From: Trichoplax sp. H2
Lineage: Eukaryota
Direction: 5' to 3'
Assembly (NCBI GenBank): GCA_003344405.1
Contig: NOWV01000305.1
Span: 1 to 56,511, forward strand
Length of the DNA: 56,511 nucleotides
Of this stretch, positions 27,601 to 40,968 are shown piece by piece. Under the pieces are notes generated by a model. The model made no database searches. It was not told where the DNA came from and saw only the letters and a list, made by a program, of their open reading frames with translations. Both the position numbers and the translations under genes were made by a program. Numbering within the stretch: position 1 is the first letter of the stretch; the number at the start of each line of letters is the position of its first letter.

Positions 27601-30600
27601 GTAGCAATGGCGTAAGCATAGCCTGGAAAGGATATCGCGCCCAACCGTAGTAACTGATTTGGATTTAACAGAAATATTAGCTTCATTTAACCCAATTAAA
27701 GGTAATTTCAGGATCATGCATATTTTTTCATTCAAGTCGAAGGGTAAAACAGTAGGAGGTTGAGCAAAGGTAACATCCTATTTGCATATATGAAAAGGTG
27801 AGTATGCATACTCTAACGAAAGAGCGAAATCAGTAATTAATTAAATTATGATATAAATATCCGTATAAATTTGTATATATATATTTTATAATATTAATCA
27901 TACTGGTATTAATCGATTTTATTTCTGTGAAAGTGTTTAGTAATATTGCTGGTAAGGACTACACAGGTTTTGTTTTTTCTCTTTAGTAAATAATCATTCT
28001 TAACTATGAATGCTCTCAATTTAGATTTTAGCCGTAGCATATAGAAGTCAGAAATGAATGACTGCGACTAAATATGAGCTCAAGATCGTTATCTTGAAGC
28101 TATAAAGCAGCAAAATATTATCACTTATGGGCAAAATACCTGATCAAAGAGGACTGGTGTTTCTACAGCTGTTGGATGGAAACCTAACCAAGAATTTTTA
28201 GGCTTCATACTTTTAATTCTTTTAGCTAATCGTTGACGTTTAGCTTTATCTTGTTGGATGCTTTGTTTAGCATTAGTAGTCTTGGAATTTTTATTATTAA
28301 CCACACTTATATCAGGCTTTAATTGGCTTTCCGCTTTATTATTTTTATCCACTAAGTCAACTTTTGATACATTAGTTCCAATCTAAAATTAATAAAACGT
28401 TTGATAACTAGATTTAGAATTTACTTCGAAGAAATGATCAAGACATTTATTGATTTTCTTCATAATCAAAAAATTTTTGTAATTACCGATCTTGATTGCT
28501 TTGGAGCTTCGTAGGGTTTATCCTGTGGCTTTTGAATTGTCATAGGAGTAAACTGATCAACTGCAGACATCTGATGTTGTTGGTCTTGCTGCAACTTTTT
28601 ACTTTCTTGCAAGCTCGTGCTTTTGATTTTGTTGCGCAGACTGACCCATTGCTTGTTATTACTTTCCTCATCGCTTAGACTGGAATCGCTATCTTGGGAA
28701 CTTTCACTGTTATATCGGATAGAAATCATTAAGTTTATAAAATATTAGACTCTAAATTTAACGACAAATTTCAGCTTATTGATTAAAAAACCATTTCCTT
28801 TCCTATACGCTAAAATAGGGATAATTTTATAGTGCAAAAGACCTATTTTAATCTATTCTTCTTATTCTAGAGCATAACACAATTACTAGATATTGCTAGA
28901 GCCCTTTCAGCTTGCTATGGAGGAGCTTTGGATTTTTCTATGCATCAGAACTATACAACAAAATATGACTAACTTTTCATGTAACACAGCTAATCTAAGA
29001 TATTAAAGTGCTTTCTTATTTGTTGGACAGTTTCACTTTCGGAAATAATTCTTGCATACGATTTACTGTAGACTGGTAGTTTACGCATATGCAAGTATCT
29101 ATCAAGAAAACTGCAAAGGATGCAAAGCCTAGGTGAATTTTGTTTATCATTACGATAATGTCTTTATGGCAGTAATTAGTAACGTAACAAAATATTTTGG
29201 GGAGATGAAAGTCTTGAACTGGCTCGACTAACGTACAAAGCTTTAAAATAAGCTTGGCCATGATCATTGCTATTATATAGAGTAGCCTAAATTGTTGCGT
29301 CAAAAATAAATAAAAACTTTCCTACTTATACCAGGGACTATACGACCCATAGTTATAATCACTCACTGCTAAATCATAGCTTGAGTGAATATGGGCCGAG
29401 TAGTTCCTACTTATAATTGATTACGAGTGTTTTCAAATGTATTAGGCCTTAAAATTAAATTCGCTCTTGTCGGCGAATACCTTTGTGCTTTCATTCTGAG
29501 TGCCAGTAAACGTTTTCCACCTGCTGATAACGAATTCTCCTCCTATAATTACAATTTATCATACATTTAATTTAAATATGATGAGTTTTTCCACCCTTAT
29601 ACACGGATAATTATGACTATAATTCTACAAGTTCTATACTATGAATTGCACGAAATAAGGCAGTACTTCCATCGCTAACATAGAATTAATACATTTTGTG
29701 ATAACAAGGAATCTATGAAATAGTAATATTGAACCTGAATTTTCTCTTCCATTGCTTCTTGTCGCAAATCGAGAAAGACAGTCTGCTTATTTTCATCAGC
29801 AAGGGTAACTACTGGGTTTATCTCGTTGGTATTCTGTAATTGTAATTTCGCAACATTATTTTCGCTCTCTTTCAGCACCTTTTCCTCTTCAGGCTGATAG
29901 GAGACAGATATGGAGCTATCCAAGTCGTCATTACTTTTAGACGCTGAAGTTTCCGACCTAGATGGTGCTATTTCTCCGCCTTGTTGTATAGCCAATGCCG
30001 TTAATTTATCCATTAAGGAAATATTATCAGTCTCTTCTTCTCGATCGGAAACTATTTGATAAAATTTTATCGATACAAACAAATTTATACGTGCAGGTTG
30101 TTGATCATTAATATTGAGATTAAAGTGTAATATCCGATATATACAATAATTTATTGCAACTAAACTTGAAATACAGATCGAAGAACTATAGCACGATTTA
30201 GCTTTACCTTGATAGATATCATGGGTGAATTTTTGAATCGGTCTATAAACATGTCTCTGTTCTTTCTTGCCTATTTGATTTACTATTGATTCAATATCAC
30301 TTTCCTCCAAGTTAGGAATCTGTAATACTGGACTTTGAATAGGAATAAAATGGCTATGTAACGTATTTGCTGAAATGATGCTTGAAAAGTCATTGGGTTC
30401 TAATTGTATTTCTTTCATAATTTCTGCTGGTCTAGCCTTTTGACTACCGCTACCTTCATCATCTTGAGTATTAGAACTAAGATGACTATCGTTGAATTTC
30501 TTATTTGACTCATTATTAGGCTAATACAAGAAATATGCATAACCAATTTATAAAAATAATAATATAAAAGCAATATAAGGTACCGTATGGAGACATATAT

Positions 30601-31309
30601 TAAACAAAAAGAATAAACACGTTACCTAAATCAACTCATTTCAAATATATTTATAAAACAAAATCAAGGGATTAAAAATAACTTAATTTTCTCCGTAGTT
30701 TACCTGATCTGCTGTCAAAATTTGTTGTTCATCATTTCCATTGAGTGACGGCTGATTTAATAAAGTTACTTCATGATTTATATATCGATCGAATATTTGA
30801 ACCTCTTCTTCGCTTCCCACCTGTCCGAAAGATTTTTAATTAAATTTTGTCTCATTTAGTGGCAGTGTCAACAAGAGCCGTTTCATCGATCATTGATTTA
30901 TCGTCGATATCTATCATGATGTATAATAGCGCCTAATTCAAGTTAATATCGAGTCAATTTAGGTATTAACAATGACTATCGAGCATCGAATGTTTCGATC
31001 TAATTTCAATATTGGACATTTAAGTAGTATATATCATTCGATGTAGTACTAATCCTTTCAAATGAAAGCTAATCCTATAGCTTGGATTACTAGTTTTTCT
31101 GGAGCTCAAAGTATTATAATCATGAATCCCTGAAATGAAACGTTTGGACCGCATATAAAATTAATCATTGTGATTAGAATACTAACATCAGAAGTATCGC
31201 TGTCTATGGTGGGTAAGTTGGCTTCGATTTGATTAAATATACTTTGTAATTCTTGGCCTAAATGATTTGTTACCGTTCCTATATCTTCCTCTTCCTCACT
31301 AGAAGCCAT
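21672..31309 (-). CDS. DNAAF8: Dynein axonemal assembly factor 8 (C16orf71/Daap1)-like, ~1530 aa: disordered N-half plus C-terminal NDK-like domains
   Basis: Seventeen phase-consistent exons: 31309-31187, 30820-30704, 30520-30208, 30051-29735, 29542-29481, 28706-28487, 28382-28140, 27777-25884, 25150-24845, 24507-24302, 24156-23985, 23904-23810, 22818-22702, 22552-22349, 22162-22077, 21939-21873, 21728-21672. N-terminal LPTIDSD..EEEVQIFDR, TVFLDLRQ and SSQDSDS resemble C16orf71. NDK-like motifs: LVIKPDA, FRIVGLK, LTAGPSIVLCLQRVNAVKKLLDLAGP, LGPLDANLARRTDPTSL. Confidence 0.8.
23382..23507. repeat. Two-copy ~67-bp intronic tandem repeat
   Basis: ATCTGATRCGGAATT..GTCTAA..ACTATATATAACCTCTAAATT occurs twice in a DNAAF8 intron. 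Confidence 0.8.
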
Positions 31310-31501
31310 CTTTCAGCTGGTAAACTTAAACCACAATCCTTAAAATGCCCTTCCTATTTCTATCTTACGTCTAAGACATCAATTTCATTCCTATACCATG
31401 CCCACTTAATTTTAAGATTGTTTAGTATGATTATGAAATAGCCCAAGCAGTCACATAGTGCAGTACTGAAGCTATAAATTACCTCCATCTTACCGGCCAT
31501 G

Positions 31502-31514
31502 GTTGCTAAGTAAC
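31502..31514. promoter_or_regulatory. Candidate RFX X-box upstream of DNAAF8
   Basis: GTTGCTAAGTAAC is a near match to GTNRCC(N0-3)RGYAAC, ~190 bp 5' of the ATG of a ciliary gene. Confidence 0.6.
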
Positions 31515-31884
31515 GCCGATTAGATAGAGGTTGGACACACCCTCGCCTTAGCTGAGTTAAATTGATAGAATAAACTTATAATGAATCATATCATAAAATA
31601 GCAGCTATCCTTTCTGATATTAAGCTGCAGTAACAGGTAGACTTTGTGGTTAATCGGTAAGATTTAAGAGTAATAACTACATTATAAAACTTCTGATGGC
31701 CGGATTGTATCGTCTCTCAAGTTGAGAGAGGTTAAAAGAATTACTTACAATACTATTATAGTGTCATTATGAATATGGCATGGCTAACATCAAGCTATAG
31801 CTAGAGGTGGAAGAAACATAATTTAGTTTAATCCATCACTAGTAAATGGAGCTATGGATAGAATGATCACCAGGCTATACTATG

Positions 31885-32350
31885 GGTCAAGCTGGGAACT
31901 TTTGAACAATTTTCTGAATATTAATTGTATTACTGGGTGGATTATGGTACAATGGTAGTTTTCGGTTCTTATTATGATGATAATCTATCAGCAGACTACG
32001 ATTATAAATAGTACTTATGAAGATGATATAATGTAGATGATCGGTAGAAGCTCAACCTAAAGCATATTCTCATCAATTTGGAGTCACTTTGCAATGCTCA
32101 CGCAGATGTAGAGAGATAACTGTAGTAAATAAAGGTTAAATAATGGTTCAAGCTGGGAAGTATTAAACAATTTTCCAAATATCAATTATATAACTGCTGG
32201 ATTATGGTACGGTAGTAGATTTCGGCCATTATTATGATGATAATGAATAATCCATCAATAGACTATAGTTATAAATATTATTTATAGACTTAATATAATG
32301 TCTTTAGAGGATCGGTAGAAGCTCAACCGAAAGCATATTTTCATGAATTT
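31885..32350. repeat. Two-copy duplication, ~260-bp period
   Basis: TCAAGCTGGGAA..TGGATTATGGTAC..TTATTATGATGATAAT..GATCGGTAGAAGCTCAACC.AAAGCATATT at ~31885 and ~32146. Confidence 0.8.
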
Positions 32351-33225
32351 TTGATCAGTTTGCGATACTTTTGTAGTGATTGAATGTATAATGGTGGCTT
32401 TAATGCTAAATAAAGGTCAGCAATAAACATACTGCCAAACAGATCTCAATCTTTTCCTTTTTTTCAAAAAATCCTTCATCGAAGTTCATGTATTGATAGG
32501 AAAGCAATTTATTACAAAAATGGTCCCTGTTTTTAATCATTTATTATCGTATATTTGCTGATAACTAAAAAGCATGAAAAACACCTTACCAATATTCTAC
32601 CGTAAAACAATTTCTATCTTGAGTAATAATCAAGTCATTGATTACTTTATCTGGATAAGTAAGGTAGTTAATAAAAACATAGATGATCTGACATAGGTTC
32701 ACTATAAACATCAATTATACTCGTTAGTCATCCTAAATTTATTATTTAGATCATCTACAATCCGCCTAAACTCATAACATCAATTGCAACACGAAAAAAT
32801 AGCGGTAGCTTATAGCAAAACAACTTGCAGTTGAATTGACATAGTTTTATTTCTATCTGCCTAGCTATAATCTTTTTTAAAATAATATTATGCGAGTAAG
32901 AAATAACATTTAATCCCGCCTTACCGTAATTTATTAACGATATTATAGACGTACTCAAGGTGAATTACTGTTAATATTTTTAAGATAATCCGCAAGCTAG
33001 AATTTCTACCAAAGCAATACCTGAAAAATAGATAATACTTTAATGAAACTATTTATTAATTTTCGCAAAGTAGGAAGCGAATGGGTTACAAATTGGCAGG
33101 CTAATAACAGAAGCCTATTCAAGTAATCATCGATATAGTACAGTCACTAACTATATGGATCATTATATTGTGATTAACAGGTTAACTTACCATTGTTGAA
33201 GATGAAATCAACTTGAGTTTAAGAT

Positions 33226-36200
33226 TTATTCACCCCCTTCTGGTGCTTTTTCATCTAAACATTATCATGGATAAAGATAAGGAGAAAATATCCATTGTTA
33301 ATAAGTGATACACATGATTAAGACATCATACATATGCTTTTAAAATACCAAAGTCAAAAATGGATATGGTTTCCAAGTAATGCTTCAAACACTATCAGTT
33401 ACACTTACAGCCTGATTTATTTTGAACTTTTTCAACAACTTTCTTAGTAACACCAGTATCAAGAGCGAAGTAGAGAATAATATCAGCCACGATTAAAGCA
33501 CCAACAATGGAGAGGATGATAATGATAGCCAAAGTGAAAGGTGCCATAGGAGCTAAAGTTATAATTCAAGGCGAAGATTATCAAGAGGGTAGCAAAGCCA
33601 GAAACATACAAATAGGAAATATCAATCCTGACATTCTACTTAATTTTATAGTTTTATAAGAGCAAATAAAGAAGTTATTAGACTGTAAAATTAAGTATTA
33701 CTCTACCTGCAGCTGTTTTCACTGTTTTTAAAGGGCTGCTATAAGTGATACCCGCAGTATTTATGGCACCAACACGAACGTTATAGCTTGTCGATCCATT
33801 AAGTTTGGTAACTGATGCGCTCATGACATCTGCTTTAGTCTATGAAATAATGATTTTTATCTTTACAGTTTGTTTGATATACGGAAAAATGTTAAAAATT
33901 CTCCATATGTATTAATAAAGACTAACAATTTATATTATCACAATAGCTACGGATGAATAGTAAGAATTGTAATTTAAAATTGCGTCATTTTTCCATTTCA
34001 TCCGTTAAATTTATCTATTACATTTATTTTGACTTTAAACTACTTGATACTATACATTTATAATAAAGGCATTAAAAAATTTTAATTTGATAGATTGGAT
34101 TATACAAAGTCATGATCAACTGGGCCACTATTTAATCACAATTTATTCACGTTTGTTAATTTATATTACAGAGAATTGGTTATATCAGTGTTGTTTGCAT
34201 AAGGTTGGATATTAATTTATGACCATCTGAATTATAGTAAATTGCTCAGAGATTATATCTTATCTTACAACTAATATGAGAATATCCTAACATGCATTAA
34301 ACATAAGGCAAATATATTTCACAGCCTGCAATTTTTGATTTTCAAATAAAGATACTTGATCTATTGGTGTCTTAGATTCTATACAGCTACAGTTATTATC
34401 GAAAAATAGCAGTGGCAAGAATATGTACAATATATGGATATATTAATACGGCAGGAATGAAGGGGCAAGGATACTTCAACTTGTATTGGACATATCAAAA
34501 TACTGCTGGTAGATCAATTTTAATTTAAGAATATAAAATTGATGACCTATCGGTGATTATTCAACATTCTTTACGGCTCTATTTTTGTCATTGGGAGAAA
34601 TAACTTATATCTATATGGTATACTCTTATCGAGGCTAATAAGTGGACTAAGTCATGGATATAATATTGAGAAGGTCTTGAGTAAAGATATAGCACTACGT
34701 ACAGGTGGCCATTCAATTTAAACACGTTATGCTGCATGAAATGCCAGATATAGATATTAATTTATCCTTAAAATCCTCAATCTGATTCAACAGTTCACGC
34801 TACGCTTAGTACGGATAAATCATATACATCAGTATCGACTCACTTGCGTGGAAAACCAATTTTTCGATACAACTTTGCCTGCACGAATTTGATATTCAAC
34901 CTTATAAGCAGTAATGGGCGCACCGTTATCACTGATTGGTGCCATCCAAGAAACCGTCATAGAATCATACTTGATATTTTCGATAGAAATATTGCGAGGT
35001 GCAGTGGGTGGATCTGCAAGAATCAATGGATAAAATAGCGTCAAGATTTGGAAAACTACCTGGATATTAGGCTAAGTAATAGGAAACTTGCAGATACATT
35101 GTACCTGAATAAGGTAGATTGCAATGATTAACTTACTTATAACAATGGTTTTAGTTTGTGATTTCTTTGGCTTTCCCCAACCGATTTGATTCTTAGCAGA
35201 GACTTGAATCTGATATTCCTTATTGTAGGTTAATTGGCTTAGAGTATATGGGGTAGTGGCATTATCGATGGTAATCCAGTTCGCATCGCCAACCATTCGA
35301 TATTCTAAACGATACTCAGTGACTTTACGTCCATGATCATTGGTAGGTGGTTTCCATGAAACGGTAATCGAATGATCAGTACTTCTAAGGAAGAGCTCTG
35401 TTGGCATACTAGGTTCAGCTGCAAATAAAATGGAAATTAGTACAATAATATACGTTAATCCATAGATGAGAATAAGGACGAGATATAGAAGAGAATTAAT
35501 CTAGAAAAATTGATTGATTATTTCCAGTTGCAGGATACTTTGAGTGCGTTATGTTACTACCATAGCAGTATATTTATATCAAAAAGTATATAGTATAAGT
35601 CAAAGCTCATACTGTATTAATTGTTGATCCTGAGGTACGAGCGCTAATGAAATGAAATTATTCACATCACTACTCTAAATTCAGTACTTGGAAGAAAGGT
35701 CTTTGACTACCAAATAGGCCATAGTACCTTATTTTACATAAAATACGAGTAGATTATCATAGATGACTCTATGATCACTAACGAAAAGTAATGCATATAC
35801 ATGTAAACGAATAGGATCAGTATTCAATTTTCCTTCTCATTTTAACTTATTTTTGAAAGAGCAACGCCTGGTAGAGAACAAATATTCAAAGTTGATTTTC
35901 ATTAAATTACCTAAACGAAGAGTCATTTCGATGGCTTCATAAGAAGGTCCCCAACATCGTCGATTGTGTGCGGCAACTTTGAATTCGTATTCAGTATTAT
36001 CTTCAAGACCTGTAATGGTGATTGGTGATTTCTTTCCTGTTTTCATCACGAAGACCATATCAGTATCATTTTTGCGATAATCTACGCGATAGTCATCAAC
36101 GGGTGCTCCACCATCAAAGTCAGGTGGCATCCAAGATGCAACAACATGAGTATAGTAGACATCGAATTTAACTTCTGTAGGTACTCTTGGACATTCTATG

Positions 36201-39200
36201 ATTTACAAAATAAGAGTATATTGAATAAAATGATTATAGATAATTCTATCCAAGTTAAAATGATTGATTGGCAGAATTATTTTAGTGATAATTAGACTAG
36301 AAAGGATGAATGTACATTCGGGGACTCCTAAGACATACTCCAGGAGTTTATCTTAAGAGTCCCTATTATAGTCAAATTACATAACGATTATTCCAAATTA
36401 ATTCAATTATAAAGAAAATTAATCTAAGCATAAATTCTTTGATAGCATCACTAAAAGAAGGATCATTAGTTCAAAATCTACTTTAAAGGTTATTAATCTA
36501 TTCATAGAATGGATGAATATTGCCCGCTAAAGATGTTTTGATCAATTTAAATTATGTCCAATTGATGACAGATACTGCATAATTGGTTCCTTCAATCCTT
36601 TCATATTATCGTAAATAGAGTGTGGATTAGTTTAAAAACGATATGAAATATAAATATATCAAACATTCTTAAAATTAGGGAGACTAAACTATTCAGACAA
36701 GGGGAAAAATACGTGATGTTAAGGTTAGAATAATAGGATAAATAGCTATGAAAGTAACGTATCCTATCGCTACTTCATGACCAACTTATTCAATAAAAAC
36801 ATAATCATTAAATTTCTTTTTAATAAGTTTATCAATCATTCTCAAAATTAGATAACTAAACTATTAAGACAAGGAAAGAAAACATGCCTTTAAGGTAAGA
36901 AAAATAGGATAAATAGCTATGACTGTAACACATCCTATTAAAGCAATTTAAATCCTATCGCCATCTTATGGCCAAACTATTCAATAGGGAATGAGTATTA
37001 AACTTTTTAAATAAAAAGATTAAGTATTCTCAAATTAAGCAAACAAAACTAATAAGACAAGAAAAGAAAACATGATATTAAGGTAAGAATAATAGTATAA
37101 ATAGCTACCGTATGGGTGTAAAATGTTGACGAGAACAATTTCAATTCTATCACCATTTGACTAAACTATTCGGTAACGACATGATTGTTAAACTTCTTCT
37201 CCTTAATTTATCCCTTTCAAAACTGATTATAAGCTTTAGCTCAGCTTACTATCTCGAAGGCACTTGGGTTTCGTGTTTAGCTAAAGTATCGAGCTTAAGA
37301 TGAAAAGTCGTTTTTCCTACAGTAATCTTGCTATTTTATTTTTTCAATACTAGCTGCAGGCATTATTTTGCCTTCTTGTTAAAACTTTATTGGCAATTAC
37401 ATGTTAGGCCTTGAAGTAAATTTGTAAAGAGCAAAAATACTCTTACAGTGATTTCTATTGCTAATCGGCGTCTACTTTAAAGGTAAATTTACTCTAGTAC
37501 AGAGTTCCAATCGAGTTTGCCTTCATTCAACTTGGAAATTGGATATGTGCTAATTCTATACCGGTATCATGCTTGCAATGAATTATTATTTTTTCTAAAG
37601 GTAGAAAGACTCACTTGCTCGATTTGTTTTAGCAGTAAAGACTTTAGATTCTGCACCGTAAGCAATATTATTGGATACCGCAAATCTGAAATCATAGCTA
37701 GTATCGTCCACTAAACCGGAAATATCCACTGGACATTTATATTTGGAGCTTTCAATAATTTTTGTTGTCACATTCATAGGAGCACCGGTGGGCCAGTACA
37801 TGATCTTGTACTTTGTTGCAGTCGCTTTCTCAGACTCAGGAATAGTGAAACAGACATTAATATGAGAGAATTTGGCATCCAATTTACATTCACTTGGTGG
37901 CTTTGGTAAATCTAGAAAGGAAAGGAAGGATAAAGAAAGACTTGGATCATCCTTCTTGAATTCAATTTATTTGTTACAACTGGCTTGATCGGTTGGTAAG
38001 GCGGATCAATTTGCTTCTATACAATCTACTGTATTCCTAATTCCTTGATAATCAGTCTATAAAATCTATTTCTATCTAGATTATTACCTGAAATATTCAG
38101 TGTTGTAGCCTGGATAGTTTTTCTATCCTCTTGAAGAGTTGTCTTGACAATGCACGTATAATTCCCTGCATCTTTTTCAGTGACATTTTTAAATACTAAG
38201 TTACCATTCTTAGCTACATCCCTGTTTGGATCTACCCCCAAAATTTCATGGTGATTAAATTTCCATCGATATCTTACTGCGGATATTCCTTTTCCTTCTC
38301 CATGACATGCTAAGTATCCAGGACGACCAATAATGAGGTATTGGGTTGTAGGAGCAATCGCCTTTAACTTTCCTATTTAAGAGTGAAATAATTGGAAAGT
38401 TGAAACCATTTTGTGCCAAAAGCGGCAATAGAAATTATTGCAAAGTATTCAGTTGCATAATTATACAATTCATTTTTAAATCTGTTCTTAATTATAAACG
38501 ATAAATCATGATCATTAGCGCTTAATCTATCATATAATGGATTGAAAGCTACAAACCTACTATAATTTTTTTATAATAATTCATTCAAGATTGAACCTCA
38601 ATATCAATATGATTTCCTCTATTTTTACGATACGCTAATTATCCCTTATTAGCAGATCTAGAAGCATTTATCCAACTATAGTCCAATTAGACTTATTCTA
38701 TACGGCGTTTGCGTTGATCAATGATTGAACAAACTTGTAGAATAAAATGGAAGACTTTGATCATCAACTTTACCATTCTAATTGACAACAATTTTTTCTT
38801 GTCTCCATAGAAATCAAATGGTCATTTTTTACTAACCGGAAACATAGAGAACGGCAGGTTCTCTTAGAAGAGAATTTTCGTCTAAATAAACACAGTTATA
38901 GGTGCCTGCATCGGATAAAGTTGCGTTGATAATATGCAATTCTGTGCCATTATTTGTCACAACAGTATGCGGATCCGAATCGGGCAGATGAGTTCCATTA
39001 GGCGTTTGCCAATACAAGAATTTACCAGGAGGTCCTTTTTGATAGATTGTGCAAGTAAAAGTTATATCTTCGCCCACTAAGATACGTTCTACAGCTGGTT
39101 TCACCCTAGCATCTATATTGATCATGTTCAAATTGGGAAAAGGATTTATTAGAAATATTCCATTTATTTCAGGCAGTTTAATCCAATCTCAAAGAATCTA

Positions 39201-40968
39201 ATTCAACTTGACCATAAGAATTAAAGTGACAGATAGTAAAACACATAATCGTTTGGATGGACGATTACAAAATAGATCTATTATGAAAACTTCTATCAGC
39301 TGCATTATTATCGACAGTAGTGGCTAATAAGGCAATGTAAAATACAACTCGTAGATCCAATTTTTGCAAGTGTTATCTTTAAAATCTTTCGATGATGTGG
39401 GATAATACTACAGCTACCAAATACCCTATTAATATCAACACTTTACTTTTCAAGTCTTAATAGACAGCCATCAGTACAAGACAAATACCGTTCTGTGGTG
39501 AAATAAAATTAGATGATTTTAAATAGTAATACTCTCGGTAATACCTTCATTCGTATTAGCACGTAACTTTTCAAATTTAATGAACTGCCATAAAGTAAGA
39601 GACAAATACTATTACCCCTATGGTGGAAAGAGTTAGAGGATTTGGAATAGAACTACTCTTGTAAAATACCCTATTAGTATGAACATTTTACTTTTCAAAT
39701 TTTAATGGATTACTAGAAAGTAAAAGACAAATGCTATTACTCCTGTAGTAAAAAGAATTCGATGATTTGGAATAATGTTACTCTCGCAAATACTCCAATT
39801 AGTATGAACTCAACTTTTTAAGCTTTAATAGACTGTTATAACGTAAAAGACAGATACTCCTGTCGTGAAATAAATTAGATGATTTGGAATAGTACTACTC
39901 TCGCAAGTACCTATAAGTTTGAACACTTGACTTTTTAAGCTTCAATGGACTACTATCAAGTAAAGATAAATAGTATTGCAGCACTTCTGTGGTGAAATGA
40001 ATTTGTAGGACAGAGTGAGCATTAAGAATCAACTTTTCAAGTCTGAATGGACTACTATTAAGCAACAGAAAATACTGTTACTCATATAGCAAAATCAATT
40101 TTTAGGATAAAATGAGTATTAGGATCAATATTTCAGGTTTTAATGGGCTGTTGTACAGTAAAAAACAAATTCTGTTACTCCTGTAGTAGAATAAATTTGT
40201 CGGACAAATGAGTATTAGGATTTATTATTTTTAACTTCTAATGGACTACTGTAAAATAAAAGACAAATTTTATTTCTCCTGCTGTGAAATGAATTTGTAG
40301 GACAAAATGAGTATTCCACTTTTTAAGTTTAATGGATTGCTATCAGTAAAATAATGTCACTCTTGTAGTAAAAATAATTTATAGGAAAAAAATGAAATTC
40401 TTATTGTAGCTCTACTACTAGTTCAGTTTATGCCTATAGGCGCATCCATTTTTAAGTTTGAAAGCTCATATTAATCCAATACCTGAACGATTTATTAATG
40501 AATTACGTTCATACTCCCATTTTAGACATAAAATAGATATATGATCAAAATTTTGGCATGGATAACTAGCAGCAGTGTCGGCATGATGTAAAATAATCGT
40601 AGACAAGTTCTGAGAATATTTTTAAAACAGACTTTTTTTGGTATTAGCTGCCGAAAACAACTTGTAGCTGATCCACAAAGTAATTTTTATTACAGGTATA
40701 TCTTTTCAAAATTTTTTCATTGTACAGATGCATAACTACAGTCGATACTTGACGGATTATAAAGTTGAATTTCATCGGTTTATGGTCTAATTTTAAGACA
40801 ATTAATTATGGGAACTAATGTAAGAGCTTAGTATTAAATGATTGCAGTGCAATCATTTGATCTAAGGTGATTATTTGCTTCTCTTTCCCTCTTTTACTTA
40901 CATGCAGCACTTGTGGGGCCGACACATATGGTGGCCAAGGAAAGGGCGACAATGATCCAGGTCTTCAT
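33226..40968 (-). CDS. NCAM/Fasciclin-II-like type I membrane adhesion protein: signal peptide + 2 Ig + 4 FN3 + TM + short tail (~655 aa)
   Basis: Exons: 40968-40902 (signal peptide MKTWIIVALSLATICVGPTSAA), 39112-38837 (Ig: C..W..DAGTYNC), 38372-38088 (Ig: DAGNYTC), FN3 exons 37911-37615, 36195-35911, 35418-35137 and 35013-34844+33839-33707, TM exon 33552-33409 (LAIIIILSIVGALIVADIILYF), last exon 33254-33226 (TAA). Mostly phase-1 introns, typical of Ig/FN3 genes. Confidence 0.88.
36665..37200. repeat. Three-copy ~175-190-bp intronic tandem repeat
   Basis: ATTCTYAAAATTA..AAACTA.T.AGACAAG..TAAGGT.AGAA.AATAG.ATAAATAGCTA at ~36665, 36838 and 37026. Confidence 0.8.
39430..40385. repeat. Intronic minisatellite, ~9 degenerate units (~120 bp, then ~97 bp)
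   Basis: The anchor TTTTYAAR..TAATGGACT..AAGACAAAT..ACTCCTGT.GT.AAAT recurs at ~39447, 39568, 39692, 39815, 39933, 40034, 40131, 40229 and 40321. Confidence 0.85.

Noticed and set aside
29016..29303. 95-aa minus-strand ORF within DNAAF8
   Set aside because: It lies in an intron, has a non-ATG start, and is not needed for the phase-consistent model.
39430..40385. CRISPR-like array
   Set aside because: The units are homologous along their whole length, with no unique spacers and no cas genes, and it lies in a eukaryotic intron.
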